The notes under the pieces: generated by a model
Told to the model about the DNA's origin: nothing
The model's database searches: none
The model's input: only the letters and a program-made list of their open reading frames with translations
Program-made: the position numbers and the translations under genes
Source of the DNA: Octopus sinensis
Lineage: Eukaryota
Assembly (NCBI RefSeq): GCF_006345805.1
Contig: NW_021824323.1
Span: forward strand, 1-19,141
DNA: 19,141 nt
Direction of reading: 5' to 3'
Part shown: piece after piece, positions 1 through 8,865 of the stretch
Numbering within the stretch: the stretch's first letter is position 1
Layout: each line of letters begins with the position of its first letter

Positions 1-206
1 GAACAACATCATGTTGGTGGTTTGTGGCACGTACCACATCTGCGTACCTCCGTTTTGGGGCAGGTGGTGCGTGGTCCATCCCTTTTCCTTGTGTTGATGG
101 TTTGTCTATCTGTCTCGTGTCTCTGCGGCAGGGTCCCCGATGTGCAAAGCGGCAGCCTGCACCTTCCTTTCCATGCCAGCAGGTACCTCTCAGGTAGAAC
201 CTACAC

Positions 207-208
207 AC

Positions 209-285
<77 letters not shown>

Positions 286-293
286 ATATATAT
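207..293. repeat. (TA)n microsatellite
   Basis: Near-pure TA tract; explains the YIYI ORFs 22..297 and 140..340. Confidence 0.95.
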
Positions 294-306
294 TTAGGTG
301 GGACAC

Positions 307-358
307 TCAACAACTGGTTCAGGAGCATCCGGCGGTGTAGCTGTATCTCATCGGTTGA
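307..358 (-). ncRNA. Degenerate minimal type I hammerhead ribozyme motif (PLE pseudo-LTR)
   Basis: Minus strand reads TCAAC-CGATGAG-atacagc...gccggatgctc-ct-GAA-CCAG-T-T-GTTGA. Stem I TCAAC/GTTGA pairs; the CUGANGA and GAAA cores and stem II are eroded. Confidence 0.5.
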
Positions 359-683
359 TAAATAAATACAACTCGTTAAAGTAACAGTTCCGCAATGTAA
401 CTTCTCGTTTTGTTGAAAGAAAAGCAGCCAGTCAGAGGAAATATCTTCTTTTATATAGAAGATCAAAAATAAAAAGTCACAGATGGAAAAGAGAGAAACG
501 AACATGCAATGTAGCGAGAAAAGTATTGAAGATAACCGTTGACAAATATAGATGTATAAACGCCCTCGGGCAAGCTGCATGGCGTGAGTACACTCGCTCA
601 TATAAGCATCCGTGAGCATACGCACACATGAGGTTTGGTACACTAATGATCACAAAGAGGGTTAACTATCTACTTGATGTTTG

Positions 684-1097
684 GGATCTTTTCGGTTTGA
701 ACGGTAGTTTTTTCTAGCGGTGTCATATGAAATTGTCACCCATAATTATGACCCTATTATCGATCTATTGCATTTCAATCTGTTTTAGGGTTAGGGGTCG
801 GGGGAAGGGTATCTTTTTTTCTTCAGAAATGTAAATAAACCCAATCTGTTTCTTAAACGAGGGACATATTCATACGGCACAGAATGTTTTTTTTATCTCA
901 ATGGACGTCATTGATTGGTTGAAATTGCAGAAATTGAAGAAAAAAAACAGCAAATATCTTACAAACTATAGAATTTTATCAATCAAGCCAAGAGAAAAAG
1001 ATGTTTTATAAATACGTTCTATTAGTATACGAAGTTTAAACATTTTTTAGTTATATAGAAATTATGTTAAAAACTGCTGTTCAAACCGAAAAGATCC
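684..1097. mobile_element. Non-autonomous TIR element (MITE), copy 1, with 8-bp TSD and internal TTAGGG units
   Basis: TIRs GGATCTTTTCGGTTTGAAC...GTTCAAACCGAAAAGATCC; exact TSD GATGTTTG at 676-683 and 1098-1105; a second copy lies at 4287-4719. Confidence 0.93.
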
Positions 1098-1178
1098 GAT
1101 GTTTGTAAGAATGGGGAGGTTAAAAGTAAATTTAAGTTACCCATACCTTAAAGTAAATTAAATTATGTTAACGGTTGA

Positions 1179-1616
1179 TCAAAATTCATTCCTACTGCAT
1201 TGTGCGAAAGTACATTTATATACATGTAGGTATCTCGAGAGTCGTTCAGAAATTCTATTAATGATCTTATCATTAGTCCACAGAATAGACAGGGATTCAT
1301 CGAAGCAGAAACGGCATATCCTGGAAATTATATTGTATAGTTTCGCGAGCCTGTACACCAAGTTATGCTGTACTTCATTCTTATCCTCTTTCAGTCTCCA
1401 TACAAAATCTACCAAAGATGTTGAATGTCTCTTATTGATTATTTTAAAGCTGGCAACATGGTTACGGTAACGATTCTTAAATGAATCAGCCGTCTGCCCA
1501 ATGTAAATATACAGCCCTCCCCTTGTGTGCACGGTACATTTATATACAAGATTTATACTCATACAGAGATCCATCAAAGGACATTTTGATTTCTCTCTGC
1601 ATGAGCATTTATCGCA
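1179..1616 (-). pseudogene. GIY-YIG endonuclease domain with Cys linker from a Penelope-like element (decayed)
   Basis: The frame opens at 1616: CDKCSCREKSKCPLMDLCMSINLVYKCTV...YIGQT..SFKNRYRNH...STSL..FVWRLK...CRFC..E...IN. It has a CxCx5Cx5C linker, the LVY...YIG motif and the conserved R, H, E and N positions. An in-frame stop lies immediately upstream and no RT is present. Confidence 0.85.
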
Positions 1617-1949
1617 TTAATTTATATATGGCCACAGTTCGTGAGCTGAAACTAGATAAAATAAAATAAAATAGCAGTCCCGACTCCATTTACCAACGTC
1701 GTTAGGTGTATCGTAAGTACTTCTACTACTGCAAATTGGTCATAATTGGTGTTTATCATTGCGGTTTTTACCTCCTTGGTTGGTATTTAGTTGCATATTT
1801 TCGCTAGATCCAGTGGGTGGGTTACTGAACCTTTGCCGCATTTTGTTATATATGATTTTAATTTTTCCGAAACCAGAATAATGCATGTTATAAGTAATAA
1901 TATATAATAATACAGGTAGAAGGTTTTTTTTTACTTTTACCATTACGTT

Positions 1950-2035
1950 TACAATTTGAAAGAAATTGGTTGTGTAGTTCTCAAGTGTTAGGGATTCACA
2001 CAGACAGACAGACACACATTCTCAGTTTTATATAT
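1950..2035 (+). mobile_element. Possible Helentron/HINE-like terminal fragment
   Basis: aaattggttgtgtagttctcaagtgt...acagacagacagacaca...ttttatatatata resembles the (GACA)n-containing ends of non-autonomous Helitron-like elements. This is pattern resemblance only. Confidence 0.3.
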
Positions 2036-2305
2036 ATATATATATATACATACATAAACACACGCACACACACACACATATATATATATATACACACACA
2101 CACATATATATGCATACAGATACATATATATACACATACTTACACATGTATGTACAAAATACAAAGATAAAGATTACATAATAAAAACACATAAAAATAT
2201 ATAAAAAATTGAATAGAATGTATATGCATATGTATTATATATATATATATATATATATATTTCTGTTTGTTTCGTATATACACCCACACATACATGATAT
2301 ATATA

Positions 2306-2345
<40 letters not shown>

Positions 2346-2346
2346 C
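2029..2346. repeat. Compound (TA)n/(CA)n low-complexity region
   Basis: Direct reading of the sequence. Confidence 0.9.
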
Positions 2347-2770
2347 ACCCACTGTAGGATGGGCGTTAACTCTCATGAGTACCTCCGCCCCCCCACGTCG
2401 GGTTTTATTTTTTGTCTAAAATTCACCCTTCTCACCAAGTATGCTTTTTGGTGGGTTACCGGCTTAGTCACAGGCGACCCGACCATGCAATATGTTGTAC
2501 TGGGTGACATGTTACCAGGAGCGACCTGATATTATATAATATGTATGTATGTAAAGTTTATTGACGCTTTGAGTGCTGTAGGTGACCTATGATGCTGTAG
2601 AACCTGTTCAGTTAGTTTGGGTGTTAGGCAACTACAATTCTACACCCAACAGGTTAGCTTGGTGAGGAAGGTTGATATAAACCCAATCCTTGTAGTACAT
2701 AAACAAGATCTTTCAAACGAACGGGTGAACTCGCCGTAGAGTCCTCGACTATCTAGGAATAGTGGGCGGA

Positions 2771-3523
2771 TAAATCCTTAAATCCTTAAAAATGTTTTAG
2801 CCCGAAGGCCGCGGCCATGCTGGGGCACCACCGCTGAATGAGCTACACTAATATGTGAATCCACCTCTGATACGTAGCACTTGATCAACAAGGGAGTTCG
2901 ATGCTGCTGCCCGCATCTGCGTCTCCTGTCGTGAGGTAGGTTCATCTGGGACTCCCGACAAGAAGAGATCCAGTTTAGTTTTAAAGAAACCCACATCCAC
3001 ACCATGTAAGTCTCTCAGGCATTTAGGGAGGATGTTAAAGAGCTGTGATTCTCTGAAACCCAAGCTGTTGCAGTATCTGGTTCTGTATATTGATGGTGAT
3101 GTTGGAATCTTTGGCACCATGCAGTGGCGCCCCGTTCTGCGGTTGGGGTAACTTTGAATGCCAAAGTTTGGGACAAGACCCCCCAGGATTTTCCAGATGT
3201 ATATCACCGCATATCTCTCCCGCCTCCGCTCTAGGGAGAAGAGGTTTAATACTTTCAGTCTTTCCCAGTAGCTGATATTTTGCATTGAGACGATCTTCTT
3301 TGTGTAGCTTGTCTGAATTGCTTCGAGTTCTGCTGTTAGTTTCATATTGTGTGGTGACCATAGTTGGGAGCAGTAGTCCAAGCGGCTGAGGACGAATGTT
3401 TTCCATAGGACCATCAGTGTCTCCTTCTCTCTTGTTCTGAAAGTTCGGAGAATCCATCCAGCTAGCCGTCTGCATTTTATCACCAGATTAGTAATATGCA
3501 CTTGGAAAGATGCATCATTGCTA
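2771..3523 (-). mobile_element. 5'-truncated CR1-group LINE, family 1 (ORF2 C-terminus, 3' UTR and octamer tail)
   Basis: ORF 2848..3576 has the post-RT motifs WILRTF..R, SRLDYCSQLWSP, LEAIQ, SYWERLK.LNLFSLERRRERY and FKTKLD.FL. The minus-strand tail is (AAGGATTT)n. The first residues of the ORF are flanking DNA. Confidence 0.92.
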
Positions 3524-3561
3524 ATAAGAAAACTAAAAATGACGTGGTCGCACGTTTTAGC

Positions 3562-3824
3562 CAAATGGTTCTTCATTACTTTCTTTTTACCTGTGGGCTC
3601 CTTTCGTTCCTACTTTACTCGGTTGGACCCTTATAGCCATTTTATGATTAAAAAGTGCCTTTTTATATTTTGATAATCAAATATTATTAGGAATTGTATT
3701 TTAAAAAATTGTTAAAATATTTTATGCATTGTGGAAATATAACCAATTCATTGCGAATAAATTTTAACACCAAAATCTTAAAGGGACCTCCAACGGTCAT
3801 ATGAATCCCAATTGAGAAACATTA
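3562..3824. mobile_element. Old hAT/Charlie-like MITE, copy 1
   Basis: Eroded ends CAAATGGTTCTTCA...ATTGAGAAACATTA. The body aligns by eye with the split copy at 4188-5254 (tattattaggaattgta, aaaatcttaa.gggacc, catatg). Confidence 0.55.
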
Positions 3825-3870
3825 CTTTAAATCTATGAGCAAAAACAGTTTCGGCTTTGACCATCATACC

Positions 3871-4107
3871 TATTTCTTTACTACCCACAAGGGGCTAAAC
3901 ACAGAAGGGACAAACGAGGAGAGACACACGGATTAAGTCGATTATATCGATCCCAGTGCGTACCTGGTACTTATTTAATCGACCCCGAGAGAATGAAAGG
4001 CAAAGTCGACCTCGGCGGAATTTGAACTCATAACGTAACGGCAGGCGAAATACCGCAAAGCATTTCGCCCGGCGTGCTAACGTTGCTGCCAGCTCACCGC
4101 CTTAGCC
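3871..4107 (-). mobile_element. tRNA-derived SINE family A (Deu/Nin-like central domain), full length
   Basis: Head GGCGGTGAGCTGGCAG, B-box-like GAGTTCAAATTCC, central GACTTTGCCTTTCATTC...GGTCGATTAAATAAGTACCAG; 14-bp TSD TTGACCATCATACC at 3857-3870 and 4108-4121. Confidence 0.92.
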
Positions 4108-4286
4108 TTGACCATCATACCATCCTTCCTGTCATTGTATAAATTATTCATGGGGTGGTTGTTAGCATAGAATCAATGAAGTTAGACCAGTGATTCCCAA
4201 CCAATTTTTTATCGATTGATCCCTTTGATTCATGGATTTTCTTGGGTAGACCGTGATGGCCATTTGATGATTTAAAAAAAAAATCC

Positions 4287-4719
4287 GGATCTTTTTGGTT
4301 TGAACGGATCTTTTCTAGCGGTGTCATATGAAATTGTCACCTATAATTATGACCCTAGTATCGATCTATTGCATTTCAATCTGTTTTAGGGTTAGGGTTA
4401 GTCAGGGTTAGGGTTAGGGTTAGGGGTGGGGGGAAGGTTTTTTTTTCTTCAGAAATGTAAATAAACTCAATGTTTCTTAAACGAGGGACATATTCTTACG
4501 GCACAGAATGTTTTCCCCTCAATAAACGTCATTGATGGGTTGAAATTGCAGAAATTGAAGAAAAAAAGACAACAAATACCTTACAAACTATAGAATTTTC
4601 TCAATAAAGCCAAGAGAAAAAGATGTTTTATACACACATTCTACCAGTATACGAAGTTTAAAAGTGTTTAGTTACATGGAAATTATTTAAAAAAACTGCC
4701 GTTCAAACCGAAAAGATCC
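4287..4719. mobile_element. TIR MITE, copy 2, with 8-bp TSD and expanded TTAGGG tract
   Basis: Same TIRs and body as 684-1097; TSD AAAAATCC at 4279-4286 and 4720-4727; (TTAGGG)n-like tract at 4386-4425. Confidence 0.93.
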
Positions 4720-4765
4720 AAAAATCCTTTTATATTTTGAAAATTAAGTATTATTAGGAATTGTA

Positions 4766-4864
4766 GGCGATCTTTTACGGAAACCGTCGATGTTATTCAG
4801 AATAGTAAATAAACACACATGGTTTTATAAGTGACAGTTGTGTTCCTAGTACCGTAAGATAGCC
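4766..4864. mobile_element. 99-bp mini-MITE with 9-bp TSD
   Basis: Ends GGCGATCTTTTACGG...CCGTAAGATAGCC form an imperfect TIR; flanks are GGAATTGTA (4757-4765) and GGAATGGTA (4865-4873). Confidence 0.65.
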
Positions 4865-4893
4865 GGAATGGTATTTAAATTTTTTTTTTCTTG

Positions 4894-5126
4894 AAGGCGG
4901 CGAGCTGGCAGAAACGTTAGCATGCCGGGCGAAATGCGTAGCCGTATTTCGTCTGCCGTTACGTTCTGAGTTCAAATTCCGCCGAGGTTGACTTTGCCTT
5001 TCATCCTTTCGGGGTCGATAAATTAAGTGTCAGTTACGCACTGGGGTAGATATAATCGACTTAATCCATTTGTCTGTCCTTGTTTGTCCTCTCTGTGTTT
5101 AGACTCTTGTGGGTAGTAAAGAAATA
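4894..5126 (+). mobile_element. SINE family A, full length
   Basis: Homologous to 3871-4107 in the opposite orientation; TSD GGTATTTAAA at 4870-4879 and 5127-5136, with a short T-rich spacer before the head. Confidence 0.92.
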
Positions 5127-5259
5127 GGTATTTAAAATTTGTTTTTAATATTTTGTGTATTGTAGAAGTGTAACCAAAATATTGCCCTTAAAGTTTAGCA
5201 AGAAAATCTTAATGGGACCCCAAGGAGCATATGGACCTCAGCTGAGAACCGCTTTTTTG

Positions 5260-5434
5260 GCCCTCTATAATTCAGATTACTCTGTTAAATGTAATGTTTA
5301 TTTATTCACATTGTCTCGTAGCTTCGAGATTTCATTGATGTGATGATTTATTTCCAAAATGACATTACAGGGAAGGTGTGAGAGGCTGGATCTGGCTTTG
5401 TTTTAACTTAATCAGGCATTATCTCTTAGCTTCG
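5260..5434. repeat. Probable fragment of an interspersed repeat (MITE-like), internally rearranged
   Basis: Internal duplication tctcgtagcttcga / tctcttagcttcga. It resembles an abundant octopus repeat as I recall it; not verified. Confidence 0.3.
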
Positions 5435-5636
5435 AAGGCGGCGAGCTGGCAGAATCGTTAGTACCCTGGGCGAAATGCTTAGTGGTGTTTCGTCTGTCTT
5501 TACGTTCCGAGTTCAAATTCCGCCGAGGTTAACTTTGCCTTTCATCCTATCAAGATCGATAAATTAAGTACCCGTTACGTCGATCTAATCGACTGGCTCC
5601 CACCCCAAAATTTCAGGCTTCGTGCCTATAGTAGAA
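5435..5636 (+). mobile_element. SINE family A variant with a different 3' tail
   Basis: Same head and central domain as 4894-5126, but the tail reads ccccaaaatttcaggcttcgtgcctatagtagaa. It is joined directly to the LINE fragment that follows. Confidence 0.85.
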
Positions 5637-6242
5637 GTGCTTGAAAATGAACACATCTCACTCCTCTGGAACTTTACCATTCAAACTGATAGAAAGTTAG
5701 ATGCGAATAGGCCAGACATTATATTGAAAGACTTCAGACAAAAATCAAGCCTCCTCATTGATATGACTGTCCCAATCGATATAAATGTATCTGTCAAGAC
5801 CTACCAAAAACTGAGCAAGTATAAAGATCTTGAAATAGAAATTGGCAAAATGTGGAACCTGAAAACTAAAACAATACCTGTTGACATAAGTACCCTAGGA
5901 ATAATAGCAAATGGGGCTGGGTGCTATCTAGCTCAGATACCAGGAAACCCCTAAATGGCAGAAATTCAAAAGATAGTGCTCATGGGAACTGCCCATATCC
6001 TACGTAAAATACTGTCTATGTAATCTCAAATTTTAAAACAAACATAATTTTCTTATGGTTTCTTAAACATTTTCTAGAACAATACTATGCACAAAACCAA
6101 ATATATGGCACCCTAGGCATAACACCAACATGAACTTCTAACTTGTCTCTTGAGGTCTAAGGGTGAGACTTGGAGCCAAAGCAAAAGTCAAACATATAAT
6201 AGTAATAACAACAACAACAACAACAACAATAATAATAATAAT
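5637..6242 (+). mobile_element. 5'-truncated R4/Dong-clade non-LTR retrotransposon (restriction-like endonuclease C-terminus, 3' UTR, (TAA)/(CAA) tail)
   Basis: VLENE...LLWNFTIQTDR...NRPDII...LIDMTVP...KLSKYKDL is a PD-(D/E)xK RLE motif. After one in-frame stop (5952-5954) the frame resumes as MAEIQKIVLMGTAHILRKILSM, ending at 6023. The element ends in an AAT/AAC repeat at 6196-6242. Confidence 0.88.
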
Positions 6243-6525
6243 CCATGGAGGATGCATAAAAACAACTAGGTTTCTTTCACTAATGTAGATGTTCTCCACG
6301 TGGGCGGTACCGCACCCAATGGAGCGCAGGGCTTGTCGAAGTAGGCATTAGGCTTTCGCGGGTGGTGATTAGGGCGGTGACATAACACAACATACTGATC
6401 ATTATTTAATGTTTTTTTTTTAGTTTTTACGAGATTTATATTTGCCTGATCAACCCCCAACTGTGTATATCTATTAACACTGCACAGGTACGTATTTCAA
6501 ATACCACACAAAAATAAATATAAAC

Positions 6526-6526
<1 letters not shown>

Positions 6527-6605
<79 letters not shown>

Positions 6606-6611
6606 GTTTAA

Positions 6612-6657
<46 letters not shown>
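6527..6657. repeat. (TATC)n followed by (TA)n/(TG)n microsatellites
   Basis: Direct reading of the sequence. Confidence 0.95.
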
Positions 6658-6658
<1 letters not shown>

Positions 6659-6662
6659 GTGT

Positions 6663-6964
6663 GGAGGCGCAATGGCCCAGTGGCTAGCGTAGCGGACTCG
6701 CAGTTGTAGGATCGCGGTTTCGATTCCCTGACCGGGCCTTGTGAGTGTTTATTGAGCGAAAACACCTAAAGCTCCACGAGGCTCCGGCAGGGCGTGGTGG
6801 CGATCCCTGCTGTACTCTTTCGCCACAACTTTCTCCCACTCTTTCTTCTGTTGGCCTGCTCGCTTAGCCAGCGGAGTGGCGTCATTTGAAGACTAAAACA
6901 ATGCGAAGCGCATTGTGACCAGCGGTGTGTAGCAGTATCTGATAGCCTGGTCGGTCACGGTGAT
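6663..6964 (+). mobile_element. tRNA-derived SINE family B, full length
   Basis: A box TGGCCCAGTGG, B box GGTTTCGATTCC, 3' hairpin ACAATGCG-aag-CGCATTGT. It ends ggtcacggtgata in a TA tract; a partial copy lies at 13405-13522. Confidence 0.88.
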
Positions 6965-6983
6965 ATATATACACACACATACA

Positions 6984-7027
<44 letters not shown>

Positions 7028-7030
<3 letters not shown>

Positions 7031-7202
7031 AAGTAGTTGTATACTGTCAACTTAATGTGACAGTCCCACGAAGGGAATCATACTACTGCTATTTAACCCT
7101 AGGAAGCAGCAACGCTTCCTGTCTGCCTTGACACATTTACTGAGTAGTATGATCCCCGTCATGGGACTGTCACATTAAGTTGACACTATACAACTACTTT
7201 AT
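7028..7202. repeat. Fold-back inverted repeat (60-bp arms, 55-bp spacer)
   Basis: 7028-7087 matches the reverse complement of 7143-7202 with 4 mismatches. Confidence 0.92.
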
Positions 7203-7521
7203 CGTACCACTACTGCATAAATCTCTCTCAGATATTTAGAAATGTATTATTTCTACTATATATATATAATAATAATATTAGGGAGTATGGCTCTAAACTT
7301 ACAGGGAAAATTTAGATTTAGGATTAAATCAAATTTCACAGTATATCATTCTTTTTAAACGTTTTGATAAAACAATTTTTTATTTTATATATATTATATA
7401 TTATATTAATTATATTTATATTATTTGTTATTTGTGTATTGGTTTATGTCTATCACTTTTTGAGTTGCCTAATAGTGGTTTATCTCTAATTCATATATAT
7501 ATATATATATCCATATATATA

Positions 7522-7942
7522 GGCGCAGGAGTGGCTGTGTGGTAAGTAGCTTGTTTACAAACCACATGGTTCCGGGTTGAGTCCCACTGCGTGGCACCTT
7601 GGGCAAGTGTCTTCTACTATAGCCTCGGGCCGACCAAAGCCTTGTGAGTGGATTTGGTAAACGGAAACTGAAAGAAGCCCGTCGTATATGTGTATATATA
7701 TGTATGTGCGTGTATATGTTTGTGTGTATGTGTTTGTCCCCCTAGCATTGCTTGACCACCGATGCTGGTGTGTTTATGTCCCCGTCACCTAGCGCTTCGG
7801 CAAAAGAGACCGATAGAATAAGTACTGGGTTTACAAAGAATAAGTCCCCGGGGTCGAGTTGCTCGATTAAAGGCGGTGCTCCAGCATGGCCGCAGTCAAA
7901 ATGACTGAAACAAGTAAAAAGAAAAAAAAAGAAAGAAAAGAA
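7522..7942 (+). mobile_element. tRNA-derived SINE family C (CORE-like domain, internal microsatellite, LINE-like tail), full length
   Basis: A box TGGCTGTGTGG, B-box-like GGTTGAGTCC, CORE-like ACCTTGGGCAAGTG..., tail GGCGGTGCTCCAGCATGGCC...GAAAC; TSD ATATCCATATATATA at 7507-7521 and 7943-7957. Confidence 0.92.
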
Positions 7943-7992
7943 ATATCCATATATATATATATATATATCCATATATCCATATTTATACATAC

Positions 7993-8038
<46 letters not shown>

Positions 8039-8354
8039 AATTGCAGCGTGGAAGGTGTTTATAAGCCATTTAAGAAACACACAAAAGCCGTTCGATTCAC
8101 TTCAACATTTAATATATTATATATTGCATATATTTATTGTATGTGCATGCGTGTGTGTGTGTGTGTGTGTGTGTATTGACAGTAACTTCGAAGTTTCGGC
8201 CTGTTAAGACATTATCGGACGGTGTCTTAAATGGCCTTCACTTAGAAGTCGCGAACGTCAATAATATTCTTGCAAAAGAATAAATAAATTTGTAAACCCA
8301 TCAGATTGATGTGAATTTGTTTTTGTTATAACTTAACATGGAAACAAATAACAG

Positions 8355-8509
8355 TATACACACAAACACACACATACACACACACATACACACACACATA
8401 TACACACACACACACATATATATATATATTTACATATATATATTTACATATAATATATATATACATATATATACATATATATATATATTTACATATATAT
8501 ATTTACATA

Positions 8510-8542
<33 letters not shown>

Positions 8543-8731
8543 TTACACATATGTATATATATATATATTGCATATATATATTTACATATATATATATATA
8601 TATTATATATATAATATATATATATAGGTGGGGTGCGCAAACATTTGCACTAATTACCACATACAAGCAATACCTAGGCGTGAGAATGATCTTGAAACGT
8701 GTGGGTGTGTATGTATACGTATGTATGTATG

Positions 8732-8784
<53 letters not shown>

Positions 8785-8865
8785 ATACATACATATATAC
8801 ATGTGTGTGTGTGTATGTATGCATGTATGTGTATGTGTATAAGTATGTATTTACATATGTATATG
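8355..8865. repeat. Compound CA/TA/TG/TATG microsatellite region
   Basis: Direct reading; includes a short unique island at about 8627-8700. Confidence 0.9.

Larger units (their letters stand above)
294..1900 (-). mobile_element. Degenerate 3' part of a Penelope-like retroelement (Naiad-type), interrupted by a MITE at 684-1097
   Basis: GIY-YIG frame at 1616-1179 and a hammerhead-like motif at 358-307 on the same strand; the 3' end abuts (TA)n. The 5' boundary is uncertain (weakly protein-like ITYNMHYSGFGKIKIIYNK near 1845-1900). Confidence 0.6.
4188..5254. mobile_element. hAT/Charlie-like MITE, copy 2, split by three nested insertions
   Basis: Left end CAGTGATTCCCAACC and right end GCTGAGAACCGCTT. 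Removing 4287-4719, 4766-4864 and about 4880-5126 restores colinearity with 3562-3824. Confidence 0.7.

Noticed and set aside
1179-1616. Selenocysteine recoding as reported for some Naiad elements
   Set aside because: The Cys positions are TGC or TGT, there is no in-frame TGA inside the domain, and I cannot identify a SECIS.
3035-3475. Overlapping 146-aa ORF, and the plus-strand ORFs over both LINEs
   Set aside because: Alternative frames of LINE sequence with no protein motifs.
4386-4425. True telomere or chromosome fusion scar
   Set aside because: Only about six units, and they lie inside a MITE whose other copy has the same motif.
6663-6735. Functional tRNA gene (also at 4894, 5435, 7522)
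   Set aside because: A and B boxes are present, but I see no complete cloverleaf or oligo-T terminator, and each continues into a SINE body.
8627-8700. Tc1/mariner-like TIR fragment (ggggtgcgcaaacatttgcac)
   Set aside because: Short resemblance only, with no partner TIR or TSD.
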